Shown: positions 13,982 to 26,747 of the stretch, piece after piece
Layout: every line of letters begins with the position of its first letter
Position numbering within the stretch: position 1 is the first letter of the stretch
Notes under the pieces: generated by a model
The model's input: the letters and a program-made list of their open reading frames with translations, nothing else
Database searches by the model: none
Told to the model about the DNA's origin: nothing
NCBI GenBank assembly: GCA_964057225.1
Contig: OZ059894.1
Location: 13,950,001 to 14,014,000, forward strand
DNA from: Auanema rhodensis
Taxonomy: Eukaryota; Animalia; Nematoda
Length of the DNA stretch: 64,000 nucleotides
Direction: 5' to 3'
Position numbers and translations under genes: made by a program

Positions 13982-16900
13982 ATGTATCTGCTAACTATTC
14001 TACTTCAACTATTTTTATTGTCATTACTTGTATCATCACAAAATAATGATAAAGTAAGTTTTAATCAAAGAATTTATAAATTTCAAATTAAAATTACTTC
14101 AAGCTTTTACGAATGGTTATTTTTGTATCGGACAATCGTCCTGATTTGGATATGGTAATGATATATTTGTAGAAAAAAATGCAAAAAACATTTTTAGTAC
14201 ATTGGATACAACAGAGTAGCAGCAGCTGTATATGTTGCATGGGACAAAATAGTATATGATCAGCTATTACCTAATTATAGAATAGAGTAGCCAAATTCAA
14301 ACTATTATTTCATATAATTATAATAAATTTTAGGCCAAAATTTATAAAATCAAATTGCGTAACATATGTTGAAGCTGGTCTTTCAGTTGATTTAATTCAA
14401 GAAGGCTTCGATATTATATTTGGGCCTCCATGTTCTTCAAGTAATTTCAACAACATTTTTCAAAAAAAAAAGAAGAAATATCTTATTCAAGGTGCTGAAA
14501 TTACTGGAACTGTAGCTAAAGGACAAGAAATACCAATGTTTCTTTGGGGACCACCAGTATCACAAGCACTAACTAATGATAACCTCTATCCAACAATAGT
14601 AACAACAGTGCACAGTGGTGCAACGTCAGTCTTATTAATTTAAATAATAAATGTAATATTATTTTTTAAACAAAATTAAAAATATTTAGTGAAGCAACAT
14701 CATTATTAAAAATATTGGAATATTATGAATGGTATGATATTGCTTTAATTCAATATGTTGCACGAAGCGACTTAATTCCCAGGTGCAAATCAATAATTGA
14801 CGGATTTGAGGTTTGTGATCATAACGAAAAACGATTAATCTATACTACTAATTCAGAATCAATTAGTGAATAAACGAACCACGATTGTTTATAAAAGGAC
14901 ATTAACAAATGCATCAAGTTCAAACGTCAATACCATCAGAGAAATCCTTCGATCTGCTAAGCAAGTCTCAAGAGGTTTCTTTGAAATTCAAAAAAGGCAT
15001 TAAAGTATTTCTATTATTTCAGTTTTTGTCTTTTGTTTGGAAAATGCTATTGCAAGAAGAAATATTTTACTTGCTATTTCTGAAGAAGAAATGAATACCA
15101 AAGAGTACGTGTACATCTTAGTTGAATGTCGACGTGCAGGGTTTTGTTAGTTTGAATTTAAAATGATATTTCATTAAAGGTTATATCATTTAAGCGGATA
15201 TTTGGATTGATAAGAGCGATCATCCAGACGGGAAAGACCATAAAGCATATGAAGTTGTGCAAAACTTCTTTGTAGTTAGTTACAAAACTTATAGCTTCTG
15301 GTTAAATTATATTTTAGTTGGATACATTACCATTGAATAATTCTGAAGAATTTGGTGTTGATTTGTTAGATACATTCACAAACGTTTTAAATTGTTCTAA
15401 TTGTACTGATTTAAATACGGTAACATAAATAATATTCGAAAAAGAAAAAAAATTTAATTGAAGGGATTCTCAAGCGCTGGAGAGCTGGCTGATGCCGTTA
15501 TGGTATTTGCTTTGATGCTTAATAAATCGTTGACAATGGGGCAATCTGTTATAAACGGCGAAGTATTCTCAAATCTTGCAAGAGGTTTAGATTTTCAAGG
15601 TACCACTTAGTTAACCATTTACATCTTTAATCATTTAATCGATTAATCATTTAGGATTTACTGGACGTGTCATCTTAGATGCCAATAAAACAAGAGTACC
15701 AGTATTCGGATTTTATGCATGGGATAGCCAAAACCATCCTGTTGTTATGATACAAATCACAGAAAATATAGGTTCTCCTTTTGAAGATTCGGTAAGAAAT
15801 CAATAAGTTTTTCTATTCCAAAACATAATTTGCTTAAACAGGTTAAATTTCTACAACCTGAAAACATAATCTTTTCTCGACAAGGAGGCAAACCGCCACT
15901 CAATGTTCCTGCTTGTGCTTATGATGGGTAAGAGCTGTTATAGATTATATCCGTCTACGCCTATATATTTATATTGAATATGTTATAGGCTAAATAACAA
16001 TCAAATCAAAATAATTTTTATTGCTTAGAAATATTTTTCTTAATTTGAAATTTCACTTACATGTTACTAAACTTTTTTAAAAGTTCAATAGTATAGTTCT
16101 GCATGTGTTGAGAAAGAGTTCATTAATGTTTTAATATTTTCAACCAGCATTTAAATTACAGAAGTCTATGTCCAGCTCCATTCTTTGAGCAATATTGGCC
16201 TATGTTACTTGGTGGGTGTCTTGGAGCAATAATTATTTTTATATTGGTTATATGCTGCGTTTATTACCTGATACGTAATAAACGAAGAGAAGAGATGCGT
16301 CAGAATAGAATGTGGCAGATTGAATTCACATCTTTAGCAGTTCCAGCTTCAAATGTATATTTCGACATATAAATAAGAGATTGATAATCGTCATTTTCAG
16401 AGTACTACGGGAATGAGTTCACGATCTTTGCAAAGTACTATCACCACAAACACCCGCGTGACGCACAACTCAATGAAGGTATTAAAAGAAAAAATTTCGC
16501 AATTTCTCTAATCAATGACATTATTATTTTCAGGAAACTGATTTATATGCTTTTTATGTATTTGGAAATGAATCAGTTGTTGCACGGAAACACAAGACTA
16601 CGGCATTTGAAATTAAGAATTCTATGTGGTCGGAACTAAGAAAGGTAATACAATACTTTTCGAGATTTGTGCTCATTCGGAATCCCCGAGAGAGCTTTTC
16701 CAAAAACTATGGTTATCGACTCTGCAAGCAGGTCGGATTCCCAACGTACCTTGAGATACTGGGTTAAAACCGACTATGAAGTGAAAAATCGGTCCTATGT
16801 TGTATTTTTGCATCGTATCTGTGATGGGTGGACATTGTCTTTGTCTCGCTGCCTGGGTCTTTGCTCATAGTGTTGAATGCGGCCAGTCATGTGACGAAGC

Positions 16901-19727
16901 CATTCAAACTAGCGGTTCCGATGAGACAATAATAACTAATAGGAAATGAATTAAATGAAGGAATATGTATTAAAAATGTTTTAAACAATACTAAGTTGAG
17001 AATTAATGCAGTATGGATATAGTTATTAAAGCATAATAAGAACTTCTAAATTTCAATGTTTAAACATAAACTTATGACAAGGGATTTATAAATCAATTGA
17101 AAACATTTTTTGAACAGTATTTAGGTAATAAGAAACTAAAAATGAATATTCTAGATGAAAGCCGTTGATCATGATAATCTATGCCCTTTCATCGGATTAA
17201 GTATGGAGGCTCCGCAACTACTTAGTCTATGGAAATTTTGTTCAAGAGGCAGTTTAAAGGTAGACAGAACAGAAAATGTGACAAAATATAGAGCACAATG
17301 TTAGCGAATTATTTGCAGAATGTTATAGCTAAAGGAGGAATACAAATGGACTGGTTTTTTAAATTTTCTCTCATCCGTGATATTGCTGAGGTGAGCTATG
17401 TGTACTTAGAATTCAACGGGGCTACGATTCTCTCTGAAGACGAGCAATCAAAATACTTGTGTGATAAAAGCAACTTGATATATAGAATGTTCTTCTTAGT
17501 GATATAGTTAAACTCTCGATTATATACAATGCATAATATTTAGGCTCTTCATTTTTTGCATAACAGCTCATTTGGTGCTCACGGCTGGTTGTCAAGTTCT
17601 AATTGCCTCGTCAATGACCGTTGGCAAGTCAATGTCTCATTATATGGATTATCTTATATGAAAGCAACCGAGAGTCGCACAATGGATGGTAGAATACAAT
17701 TTTACTTTTTCAATAAATGAAAGTTCGAACTTCTTCTAGAACTTCTATGGACAGCTCCCGAAGTTTTGCGCGATACCCATTTAGCTCCCACAACACAAGG
17801 AGACATATACAGGTTCAAAATGAATAAATTATAGTCATATATAGTTGTGTAAAACTATTATCGATGTTTATATATTTTCATTCATTTTTCGGTCTTCTTA
17901 ATTTCACAATTCAATTATTTGAGCGCAAAGTCTGATCTTTTTCATGGATTTTGATTTAAAGCTTAGCATAATCTAACTGCACACAAAATTATAAAACTAA
18001 AAAATAAAAAACTTAATTTTTTAAATTGGAAATATATTATATTAATTTAAAAAATTAAATATTTCTTATATTAAATATCTTTATAATATTTATTATATAC
18101 AGTTTCTCTATAATATGCTCTGAAGTTATAACCAAAAAATCACCATGGGATCTAGACAACGAAGATTATGATGTTGACGGTTAGTACGAATGAAACGAGA
18201 ATAAGGCGTATAAGCATTTTTTCTTTAGAACTTTTGCATCGAATAAGATCTGGAGGCAGACAACCTCATAGACCTTCATTAGAGACTGATGAAGAATGTA
18301 ATAGCTCAATGATTTATCTTATTAAGGATTGCTGGTCTGAAGACCCTCAACAGAGACCAAATATAGAACAGGTGATAAAAATTAATTTAAAAAAGGATTT
18401 CTTATAATATCTTCTAATATAAATAATGATAAAAGCATTGTTGATTAACATTATCACGTAGAGACTACAGAACAATGTTTCACTACAACCGATTACATCA
18501 AAATTCAGAATAAAATGAATTTGACTAATCCGCATATTCAACTTTGGTATTTGAAATTATGATTTTAGGTAAAAACGTTAATAAAAGGGATGAGCCAAAA
18601 TAAATCTCAAAATTTAATGGATCATGCGTTTCATGTATTGGAACAATATGCCACCAATCTCGAAGAAGAAGTTTGAATGATTTAATTATGATAAACCTTA
18701 CATAAAATTTAGGTACAAGCCAGAATGAAGGAACTAACAGAAGAGAAAAAGAAGAGTGATGTATTACTCTATAGAATGCTACCCAAGTTGATAGTAAATA
18801 GTTTATGGTTATTATTCATTTACTTTAGACAAGTAGCAGATAAACTAAAAATAGGACAGCCCGTAGAGCCGGAAACGTTTGATACGGTTACCTTGTTTTT
18901 CTCGGATGTGGTCTCTTTTACAACTCTGGCGGGCAGAAGCACTCCTCATCAAGTAATGAGTACATCATATATTTCTTGGTAACTATTTCTTTAGGTAGTT
19001 AATTTGCTTAATGATCTTTACTCTATATTTGATGCTATCATCGGTGAACATGACGTATACAAGGTTAGCTAATTCAAACAATACTTTGTTTCCCCCTTAT
19101 ACTCTCCCTTATAAGGTTGAAACAATTGGTGATGGTTACCTCTGTGTATCAGGTCTCCCACGTAGAAATGGTAATCAACATGCCAAGGTTTAACAGAACA
19201 CTGGAAAGCTTGGCCAATTTCTATTATTGATCGTTTAGGATGTTGCTGAAATGTCAAAATCATTATTACGGGCAATCGAGACATTTCGAGTACCGCATTT
19301 GCCTAAAGAGCGGATTAACATCCGTATAGGGCTTCATACAGGTGAGTTCAAGGCCCATAGCCAAAGTTGAATACATATTATATCAACTGAAAATAAATGT
19401 TTAGGTTCAGTAGTTACTGGAGTTGTAGGCATTACAATGCCACGTTACTGCTTATTTGGAGACGCTGTTAATGTTGCCAGCAGAATGGAATCGAATGGAA
19501 AACGTAACAAAATTAGAAGTACCAGTATTTATTTGGTTATTTCAGCAGGCAAAATACATATTTCGGATGAAACTATGCACTTTTTAACTCAGGTTATTGG
19601 TGGTTACAAAACTGAAGTTAGAGGAGAAGTTATTTTAAAGGTAAGAAGGAAGGCATTTCGGAAAAAAAAAGTTATTTAGGGTAAAGGAGCTGTTACTACG
19701 CATTGGTTGATAACAGACAATGATTAA
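13982..19727 (+). CDS. Receptor-type guanylyl cyclase (gcy family)
   Basis: Signal peptide, ANF-receptor ectodomain (IFGPPCSS), TM, kinase-homology domain ([18 protein letters not shown]) and cyclase domain ([45 protein letters not shown]). Confidence 0.96.
16665..16931 (+). ncRNA. Putative structured intronic RNA or fossil element of unknown family in gcy intron 16645-17154
   Basis: GC-richer island in an AT-rich intron with multiple stems and a closing stem CTCAT(T)CGGAA/TTCCGATGAG followed by ACA-ATA. G-U pairs favour the + strand. Confidence 0.45.
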
Positions 19728-19790
19728 TACAATTTCATACAACATACATATATATACATATATATATATATATGAATTAACTTAGTCTAC

Positions 19791-20696
19791 TTATTGAAAC
19801 TCCAGAACAAAGATGCTCTCAACTTCTGGCATAGAACCCCATTCATGACGACAAAGTGGACACTAAATAAATCGTTATTATATTAGCAATAAAGTTGTAG
19901 AACTTACAGCATAATGATTATCAGATTTGTACACAGGATTTCGCTTTTCCTTTTCTTTGCCCGTTAAATACCAGCGATTGATACATCTATAAAATAATTA
20001 ATCAGTTAAATTGATAAAAAATCCGTACTTTCTACATCCAACAAATTTTCGGCAATATATACAACCTACAGGATCGCGTGATACGTCATCAAAGCAAATG
20101 GGACAATCTCCATGCTCAGCGGATCTGAATAATAAAGAAAAACAATGAAATATATTAATTTTAATTTACGTACTGAATAACAGATTCATTAGCCGCATCA
20201 GCGGGAACAGTGGGCAAAGTTACATCAACTTCTTCTACAGGTTCAAACTCCACTTCATTTTCATTATTAACTTCGCCGATGATCTCTATACCATTTGAAG
20301 CATGAGTTGTATTCATGTCAGATTCTGAGAGCTCGTCAGAATCTGTGTCTTGCATATCGGAATAATCGCCATCGTCAGTTTCTTCATCCGAAACAAGGAA
20401 ACCACTTAAATCCGTATCAGTAGCATCATCATCTTCACTGGATAGACTTATGGTATCATTTATAATAGATTCCACAGATGAGTCGCTATCATCTGATTCA
20501 AGCTGTATGGATTGTAGAACTCTATCATCAATATTGTCAGCAATTCGTCTTCTCTAAATTTTATCATAATGGCATAGACCAACAATTAATATAACAAAAC
20601 CTGAAGCATAAGTCTTAGTCCTTCGCCAGGTCTATTTCTACGGTTAGTTCTAATATTATTGTTAGCTGGTCTTCGATCTGCCCTATGAGATACCAT
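19791..20696 (-). CDS. Acidic protein with C-terminal all-cysteine RING-like finger
   Basis: Long D/E/S-rich region, then CPIC..CIYC..CRKCINRW..CPLCRHEW across three exons. Confidence 0.85.
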
Positions 20697-20868
20697 TCCA
20701 CACTTTAAAACAGAATATTGAGATTCAATATAGTTTATAAATGTATAGTTATTGAAAAGCTGAATGTTAATTATAATTTATTATAAATGCATAATTCAGG
20801 AAACAATAAAAGAAGAAGTCATAATTTTACATACAAATCACTTTAATGACACATAATCAAATATTTAA

Positions 20869-20911
20869 TTTCCCGCGTAACCATAGAGCAACATCATATT
20901 TATTTACCCGC
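20869..20911. promoter_or_regulatory. Candidate E2F/DREAM sites upstream of the RING gene
   Basis: TTTCCCGCG at 20869 and TTACCCGCC at 20903 in otherwise AT-rich DNA, 170-215 bp from the ATG. Confidence 0.45.
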
Positions 20912-20940
20912 CTTGTTCATGTAGCATCATATACTTTCGT

Positions 20941-20981
<41 letters not shown>

Positions 20982-21072
20982 GTATGAGTAATATGGGCAA
21001 ATTTTACTTTACATTGATAGTTTAGAAATATAATGCTTTGGCTTTGGTTTAAGATTATGCTAATGAATTTTC

Positions 21073-23162
21073 TTATATAATGAAGGAATTGTCCAATCCC
21101 ATATCACTGTTTGTTGAATCTTTGCAGATTTTATTTATTATTGAAAGCCTTTCTTTACATTCCAGAGATGATCGGAAAAGTTTCAAACGTTCGATAATTG
21201 TAGTGAAGTATGTGTTCTAAATATTAGTTTATATATAATTTTCGAGTAAAATGTCTTGCTTACAGTTCCTAATGTGTAACAATTTGACGAGAATTTATCC
21301 AATATTTGGTTGTAGCATTGTACTTCTTCTTCACTATTATTATGAACATTGGCTTCTACTGATACACTCGTTCTATTGAAAGTCATTTCAATCTTAGATA
21401 TCAAATCATTGGCTATTTTTCTCCCCTAGAACGAAATGTTGTAGCAGATCCTTGTACCTACCATACTCACAAGGATAAGTTTATCCCATTTACTCTTTGC
21501 TTGTTTCCGTTGTTCATCAGTTTTTGCTAGCTTTATCATCCATTTAGCAGTGTACATAGGAATATCGGTAACAGGCATTGTCAACAAATCACTCTCTGCA
21601 CTCAAGCTCTAAAAACATTATTTTTTATATATACGAAACGTTTTAAACTACGTCTTGTAATGTGGTATATTGCTTTCTATGCAGATCCGGCTCACTTGTT
21701 GATTCCTGAAATAATGCTCTTTTTCACTCTCTCTTTATCATGACAATGTTTACATTTATGCTATTAGTGCTCTCTTGTTCCATGAGATTATTCTGTTTTT
21801 CATAACCTTGGAAGTAAAAAACGAGTATATCACGCACACTTTTATTTCCAAAGCCCACAACAGTTGATCTGAACGAATGTTTTGAATGTTAGTAAAGCGA
21901 TACTTACTGCGCAACATTTTTTTTAACTTTACTATACTGATCATCAAGAGTAATACGCCGAATATTGTTCTATAATTTATATTCTATTCTGTGCAAATGA
22001 TAATTCAGAGCTGATAACCTGTTCACTGTTAAGCATCCAAGCAATACTGAATTCATCAGCATAGCAGATTCCCTTATAACAATTCGTAGCATAAGAATTT
22101 TGTGACGAGCTTGATGCTGCTAAGGCAAAAACTATAATTTATGTTATTAAGCAACACAGAAGTATTTGTTTTTAATATTCAAAACCTTTAGCATCATTTT
22201 CAAATCCTTCTAATAAAGATGCTGCATTACAGGCTTCAATATATATAGATATATGTCTACAGTTTGCTTGAGCAACCAATTGACGTAGTTTTGGCTTGGT
22301 TAACTAAAGTTTCAAAGCTCTTTTATCCACATTCAATATAGAAGTCTTACAAATTCACCGCTTGGCATGCCGAGAATTCCTCCACTTCCATGATCGGTAT
22401 AGTATAGGAATATATGATCGTTTTTAGTGCTTAAAAATATATGTTTCTTATAAACTAAATCAGAGAATAACCTTTCGATTACGCGACCTGTACCTATAAA
22501 TCTAACTTCGCTTTTCTGGCCACGCAAAACTGCTGACAAGACACCCACATTTACGTCATTACCCCTAAAAGAAGTGATGATATGGAAAAAAGAAAAAGCG
22601 GACCTATAGTCAATTTTTAAATCTTTGTAGTAGTCCTGACCGTTGGGTGAGGTTTTAATTTGACCCGGAAATGGATTCCTATAATTAAAAAATATAACTT
22701 GTTCCTATGACATTGAATGTGTATTACGCTGTATTATTTGCAATATCATCATAAGCCATTGTTATTATATTATTCCTAGGAATTCCTTTCTGAATCAAAA
22801 GGTGATAAGCTCTAGCAACATCCGCCTAAAAATATGATTCAACTAGTTAATAGAAGATCTTAATGATACCTGGTGTCTATAGTTCTCTATACCTCTCGAT
22901 CCTGCTACAAGCAACGCGTATACATTTAAGTTCGAGTAGTCTTCGCTGTAAATGCTTGTGTAAAATATAAGATTTCAATTTGAACATACCTATTTGGGGA
23001 TTGTTTCTTAAATACAAAAAAAAATAAAGAAAGACCAACTAGTAAAAGAATAAATAAAGGAAGTAAGCTGTAAAATATTAAAATACAGCACCTAGATTTA
23101 GTTTTCTTATTTTTCTTAGGTGAAGTTTGGGTTTCCGTAGGATTTATAATAATTTTTCCCAT
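21073..23162 (-). CDS. Legumain-like asparaginyl endopeptidase (peptidase C13) with N-terminal signal-anchor
   Basis: YALLVAGSRGIENYRHQADV, MAYDDIA, NPFPG, catalytic YYTDHG and YIEAC, FQG, C-terminal prodomain; frame intact. Confidence 0.92.
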
Positions 23163-23596
23163 GTTGAAAGTTATGTCCAGTTTTTCAGTGTGGACTTATA
23201 TAATACTTAACTATGTATGATTATTAGCATCTTAAGATAAAGGTCAAAATATTTTTTTAGGAATTGATAACGGAAATGTTATATTTATTGTTTAATTCTT
23301 GTATGATTGTTTATTTTAAGTTGATTATTAACGATTTGTCAACAATTAATTGTTAAAGTATTACAGAGCATGAAGACAAGTTTATTCATATCTACCCGGT
23401 AATAAGAATTCTGAACAAGGAACATCATGGCAATAAACTAAAATACAAATAGCTGATAGTATTATCAAAACATATTTCAGAGTAATTGTCTTGGTATAAT
23501 TATGTATTAGTAATATAATCTAGTATTAATAAAAAAAAAGGATTTTTTCATGGGTCTCGCCAATATTATTCTATAGCTTACTGATATTGAAAAAAA

Positions 23597-26500
23597 TTAG
23601 TTTTTATTTAAAAATGTTTTTCTTCGGGCATGCTTCATATATGTTTTTCTGGTTTTTGAGAATGATGATATGCTTGAACTTCCAGAACAGACAGGTGAGA
23701 ATACATAACAATTCACACCCATTGAAGAGGCTAAGCAGAATTCATCGGTATGCGCTGAAAATATTTGCATTACATTTCCTGTTTTTTTCCAGTATTTCTT
23801 TCATCTTGTTTAGACAGTTTGGTTAATGATAAGAACGCGGAATATTAGAAACCTATCGGTTTAATTGAGGAGAGAACTCTGATTAATCTAAGACTACATA
23901 ACTTCCCGTTGTGATAGTGCTTCCTGTTTTAAATCAATAGCTAGTGCTCGTGTATATACATCGGGTAGCTGAGCTAATGAAGTTTCTAGTTCTGGCAATG
24001 AGATTGCATAGATCGTGGTGAGATGGCCGAGCGGTCTAAGGCGCTGGTTTAAGGCACCAGTCTCTTCGGAGGCGTGGGTTCGAATCCCACTCTCATCAGA
24101 TATTTTTGCCATTTTCAGAAGTTGTTAAGAAACTTTGATTGATGGATTATGAATAGGTAAAGCTTACCAATGTAAGAAAAAAAGCCAGTGCCACAGATGG
24201 CATCAAAGTATATTCCCGTTTCTGTTTCTGCCGCTTGCTGCACTGCTCGTTTTGACGCATCTGCGTCATTCGGTACAATATTCTGAAAATCAGATTCTAA
24301 AGAGATATAGAAGTAAATTTATTACGTTTTGGATTAGTGTTCGTAAACGCATACTATTACATTTTTCTTCAGAAATAATTTGCCCATCATGTGAGCATTC
24401 GGCACACTGAAATAAAAAAACTTTGATTTGAAAGAAAGAATAAATTACGAACATCTTTATTCATTCCTAATGGAGGACCAAACATCTCATCATCATCATC
24501 TTCATCTTGAAGATCCCCATCTTCTAGTATTGATTGAGTTGTATAACTGGTCGGAGCCATCGTTGTGTACATGCTCGTCATCATGGTCGTCATGAAATTC
24601 ATATCAGGAGCCAATGGAGCTGGCGCAGGGTTATACGAAGGCATAGCTGGAAATTGTGGAGGCGCTGGCAAAGCTGGTTGTACAGCATTATATGCAGAAT
24701 AACCATTTGGCATTGATTGTGGGCCGAAAGCTGGTATTGGATTATATGAACCGGGTGTGTTCATTGATGGCATCGGGGACTGTATAGAATTGTACTGTCC
24801 AAGTGGAGCTGGTGCTGGTATCCCATAACCAGGCAGTGAGCCAGAATAACTAGTAGGTGCATTGTAATCTGTAGAAGAAGCTCCATTCATAGCTGATCCT
24901 GCAGTGCCATAACTATGGAAAGTCATGCTTTGCGGTGCAGGTCCATTTTGAATGCCAGAAGATATGTACGGTGAAGCTGTTGCCTAAACAGAAAATATGA
25001 GACAAATATAAAACAGATTGATATTTTTTTTGCAAGTTTATAATTTTAAAAAAACTTGGCCCGACACGGACCGTAACTAGATGTACCGTTGCCGGTTCCG
25101 GAGTAAATTGCATTCCACTAGATGGTAAATATGCAACAGCTTGGTGATTCGCAGTTTTGTATGCATCTCGCTGGGGATTTAATCCATAAGTTCTAATTCA
25201 TTCTTGTAAATTATCTTAACATAATCGGAGAGGCTTACTGCGGTAATTGAGCAGGTGCTCCGGCCATTCTATCAAATCTGAACGAAGCTTTCTCCATTCC
25301 AAATAGCGGAACAATCTACAAGAAAAAAGAGATTAAACAAAAAAAAAAGGAAGAAGAGATCTTTTCCATTTTATTTTGTATTTAATCTTTATGAACGCTG
25401 TTTAGAAGTCAGATATTCATATGAAACATATGTAATCCAATAATCTTTTCTTTTCAAAGATATATGTATGTAGATATGTATATGATATGGGTTATTCATA
25501 TTTCTAATAGAATATCTAGTTAAAAAGAGGATATTTACTAGTCATTGTATTCACGGAATTTGTGTGAAAACTAGCCATATAAGCGACTAAAATCTGTTTG
25601 AGCAAATAGAACATAAGAGAATCAATCCAAATAGGAAAAAAGTGAGAAACCATGAATTTTTCGATTTCATTATCTATTCGTTTCGTGTTCTGTGATCTCA
25701 AAAAAGGTAAAAAGAAGGATAAAGATTTCTATATACATGTGTACATACATATCCTTGTATTCATCATTGAGTTTGGCTTATATGGTCTTTGAAACACTGT
25801 TAAAGTTTCCTACTTTTCCTTGCGGATCCTTTCCAAATGTTTGAATCTGTTTGGTTCCTTGTAAATTCCATGGCGTCTGTTTACGACTTAAAAGAAGCTG
25901 ACGATTCTTGTCAATTACCAGTGGAGTTTCATCATTAAATTGGAGAATTTCACTACCTAAATTAGTAATTAAACTAATTTATCAATATCGAAAAATACTT
26001 TCAGGAGTTGTTTTAGTTTGATCAGTTATTCGAACTACAGCTTCCGGTTTGGATTGACTGGAACGCCCTTTGAAGGCTTTGTATAATCGTTTTCGCCATT
26101 TACGGATAGTATCTGCTGTCTTTTCTGAGACCATGCGCCCTTCCGACCTATGAATCGCAGAAGATTAAGTTAAATCAAATGAATAGAAAACCTCTTTTTT
26201 TCAATCTCCATTGGTGGTACTGTTGTAGTCACAGTTGGAATTAACGTAGGAAATCTGGAGAACGTATCATCGCGGTGGAAACGATCGGAAATCCGACCTC
26301 TGGCTCCTAATCCTCCTAACTTCATATTAGGAATATCTAAACGGAAAGAAAATTAGAAAAAAATTGAAATATTTAATAACCTGTAGGTTTCGCTTGCATT
26401 TGAACATTATCATCGTTAGGCATTTCACTTGGTTCACTATCAAGCATTTCTAAGCTTTCTTTCTTTGTGCCAAAAAAGTTATTCAAATTATCCAAAAGTT

Positions 26501-26747
26501 TATTTTTCAAAAACGTCTGTAATTATGCATATAAGGTTTGCATTATTATGAATGAAGAGTATAAAAATAAAAAATGCATAACTTAGATTACCTTTGCTCC
26601 ATATTGGTTATTGTTCATAGGAATTGGCAAATCTTTTGCTCGAATATCAACGTGAGCAGTGGAATTATTAACAGAAGTAGAATTCATCTGAGTTGTAACT
26701 CGATGAATGATAAGAACAGTTGATAGGAAAAATAATAAGGTAGCCAT
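23597..26747 (-). CDS. Ground-like domain (hedgehog-related, grl) secreted protein
   Basis: Signal peptide MATLLFFLSTVLII, Pro/Tyr-rich middle, C-terminal CNSMRLRTLIQNNI..SKRAVQQAAE..FDAICGTGFFSYIAHTDEFC..VNCYVF. Confidence 0.9.
24017..24098 (+). tRNA. tRNA-Leu(AAG), antisense in the last grl intron
   Basis: GGTGAGATGGCCGAGCGGTCTAAGG, anticodon arm CTGGT-TTAAGGC-ACCAG, long variable arm, GGTTCGAATCC, T5 terminator. Confidence 0.97.

Noticed and set aside
16665-16931. Identification of the gcy intron island as telomerase RNA, RNase MRP/P, SRP, U1, sbRNA or HDV ribozyme
   Set aside because: No TTAGGC template. GGAATCCCCG lacks a matching P4 partner in the element; CAACGGGGCTA at ~17414 is in another intron and pairs imperfectly. 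Matches to SRP and U1 are only 9-10 nt. No GGUCCG/CUUGAC Ro-binding stem and no HDV pseudoknot.
21152-21165. TGGAATGTAAAGAA on the minus strand, resembling the miR-1 5' end
   Set aside because: Lies in a legumain coding exon, diverges after 14 nt and has no hairpin.
21810-21826. Apparent frameshift in the legumain gene
   Set aside because: Recounting the homopolymer (6 nt) keeps the frame: LVFYFQG.
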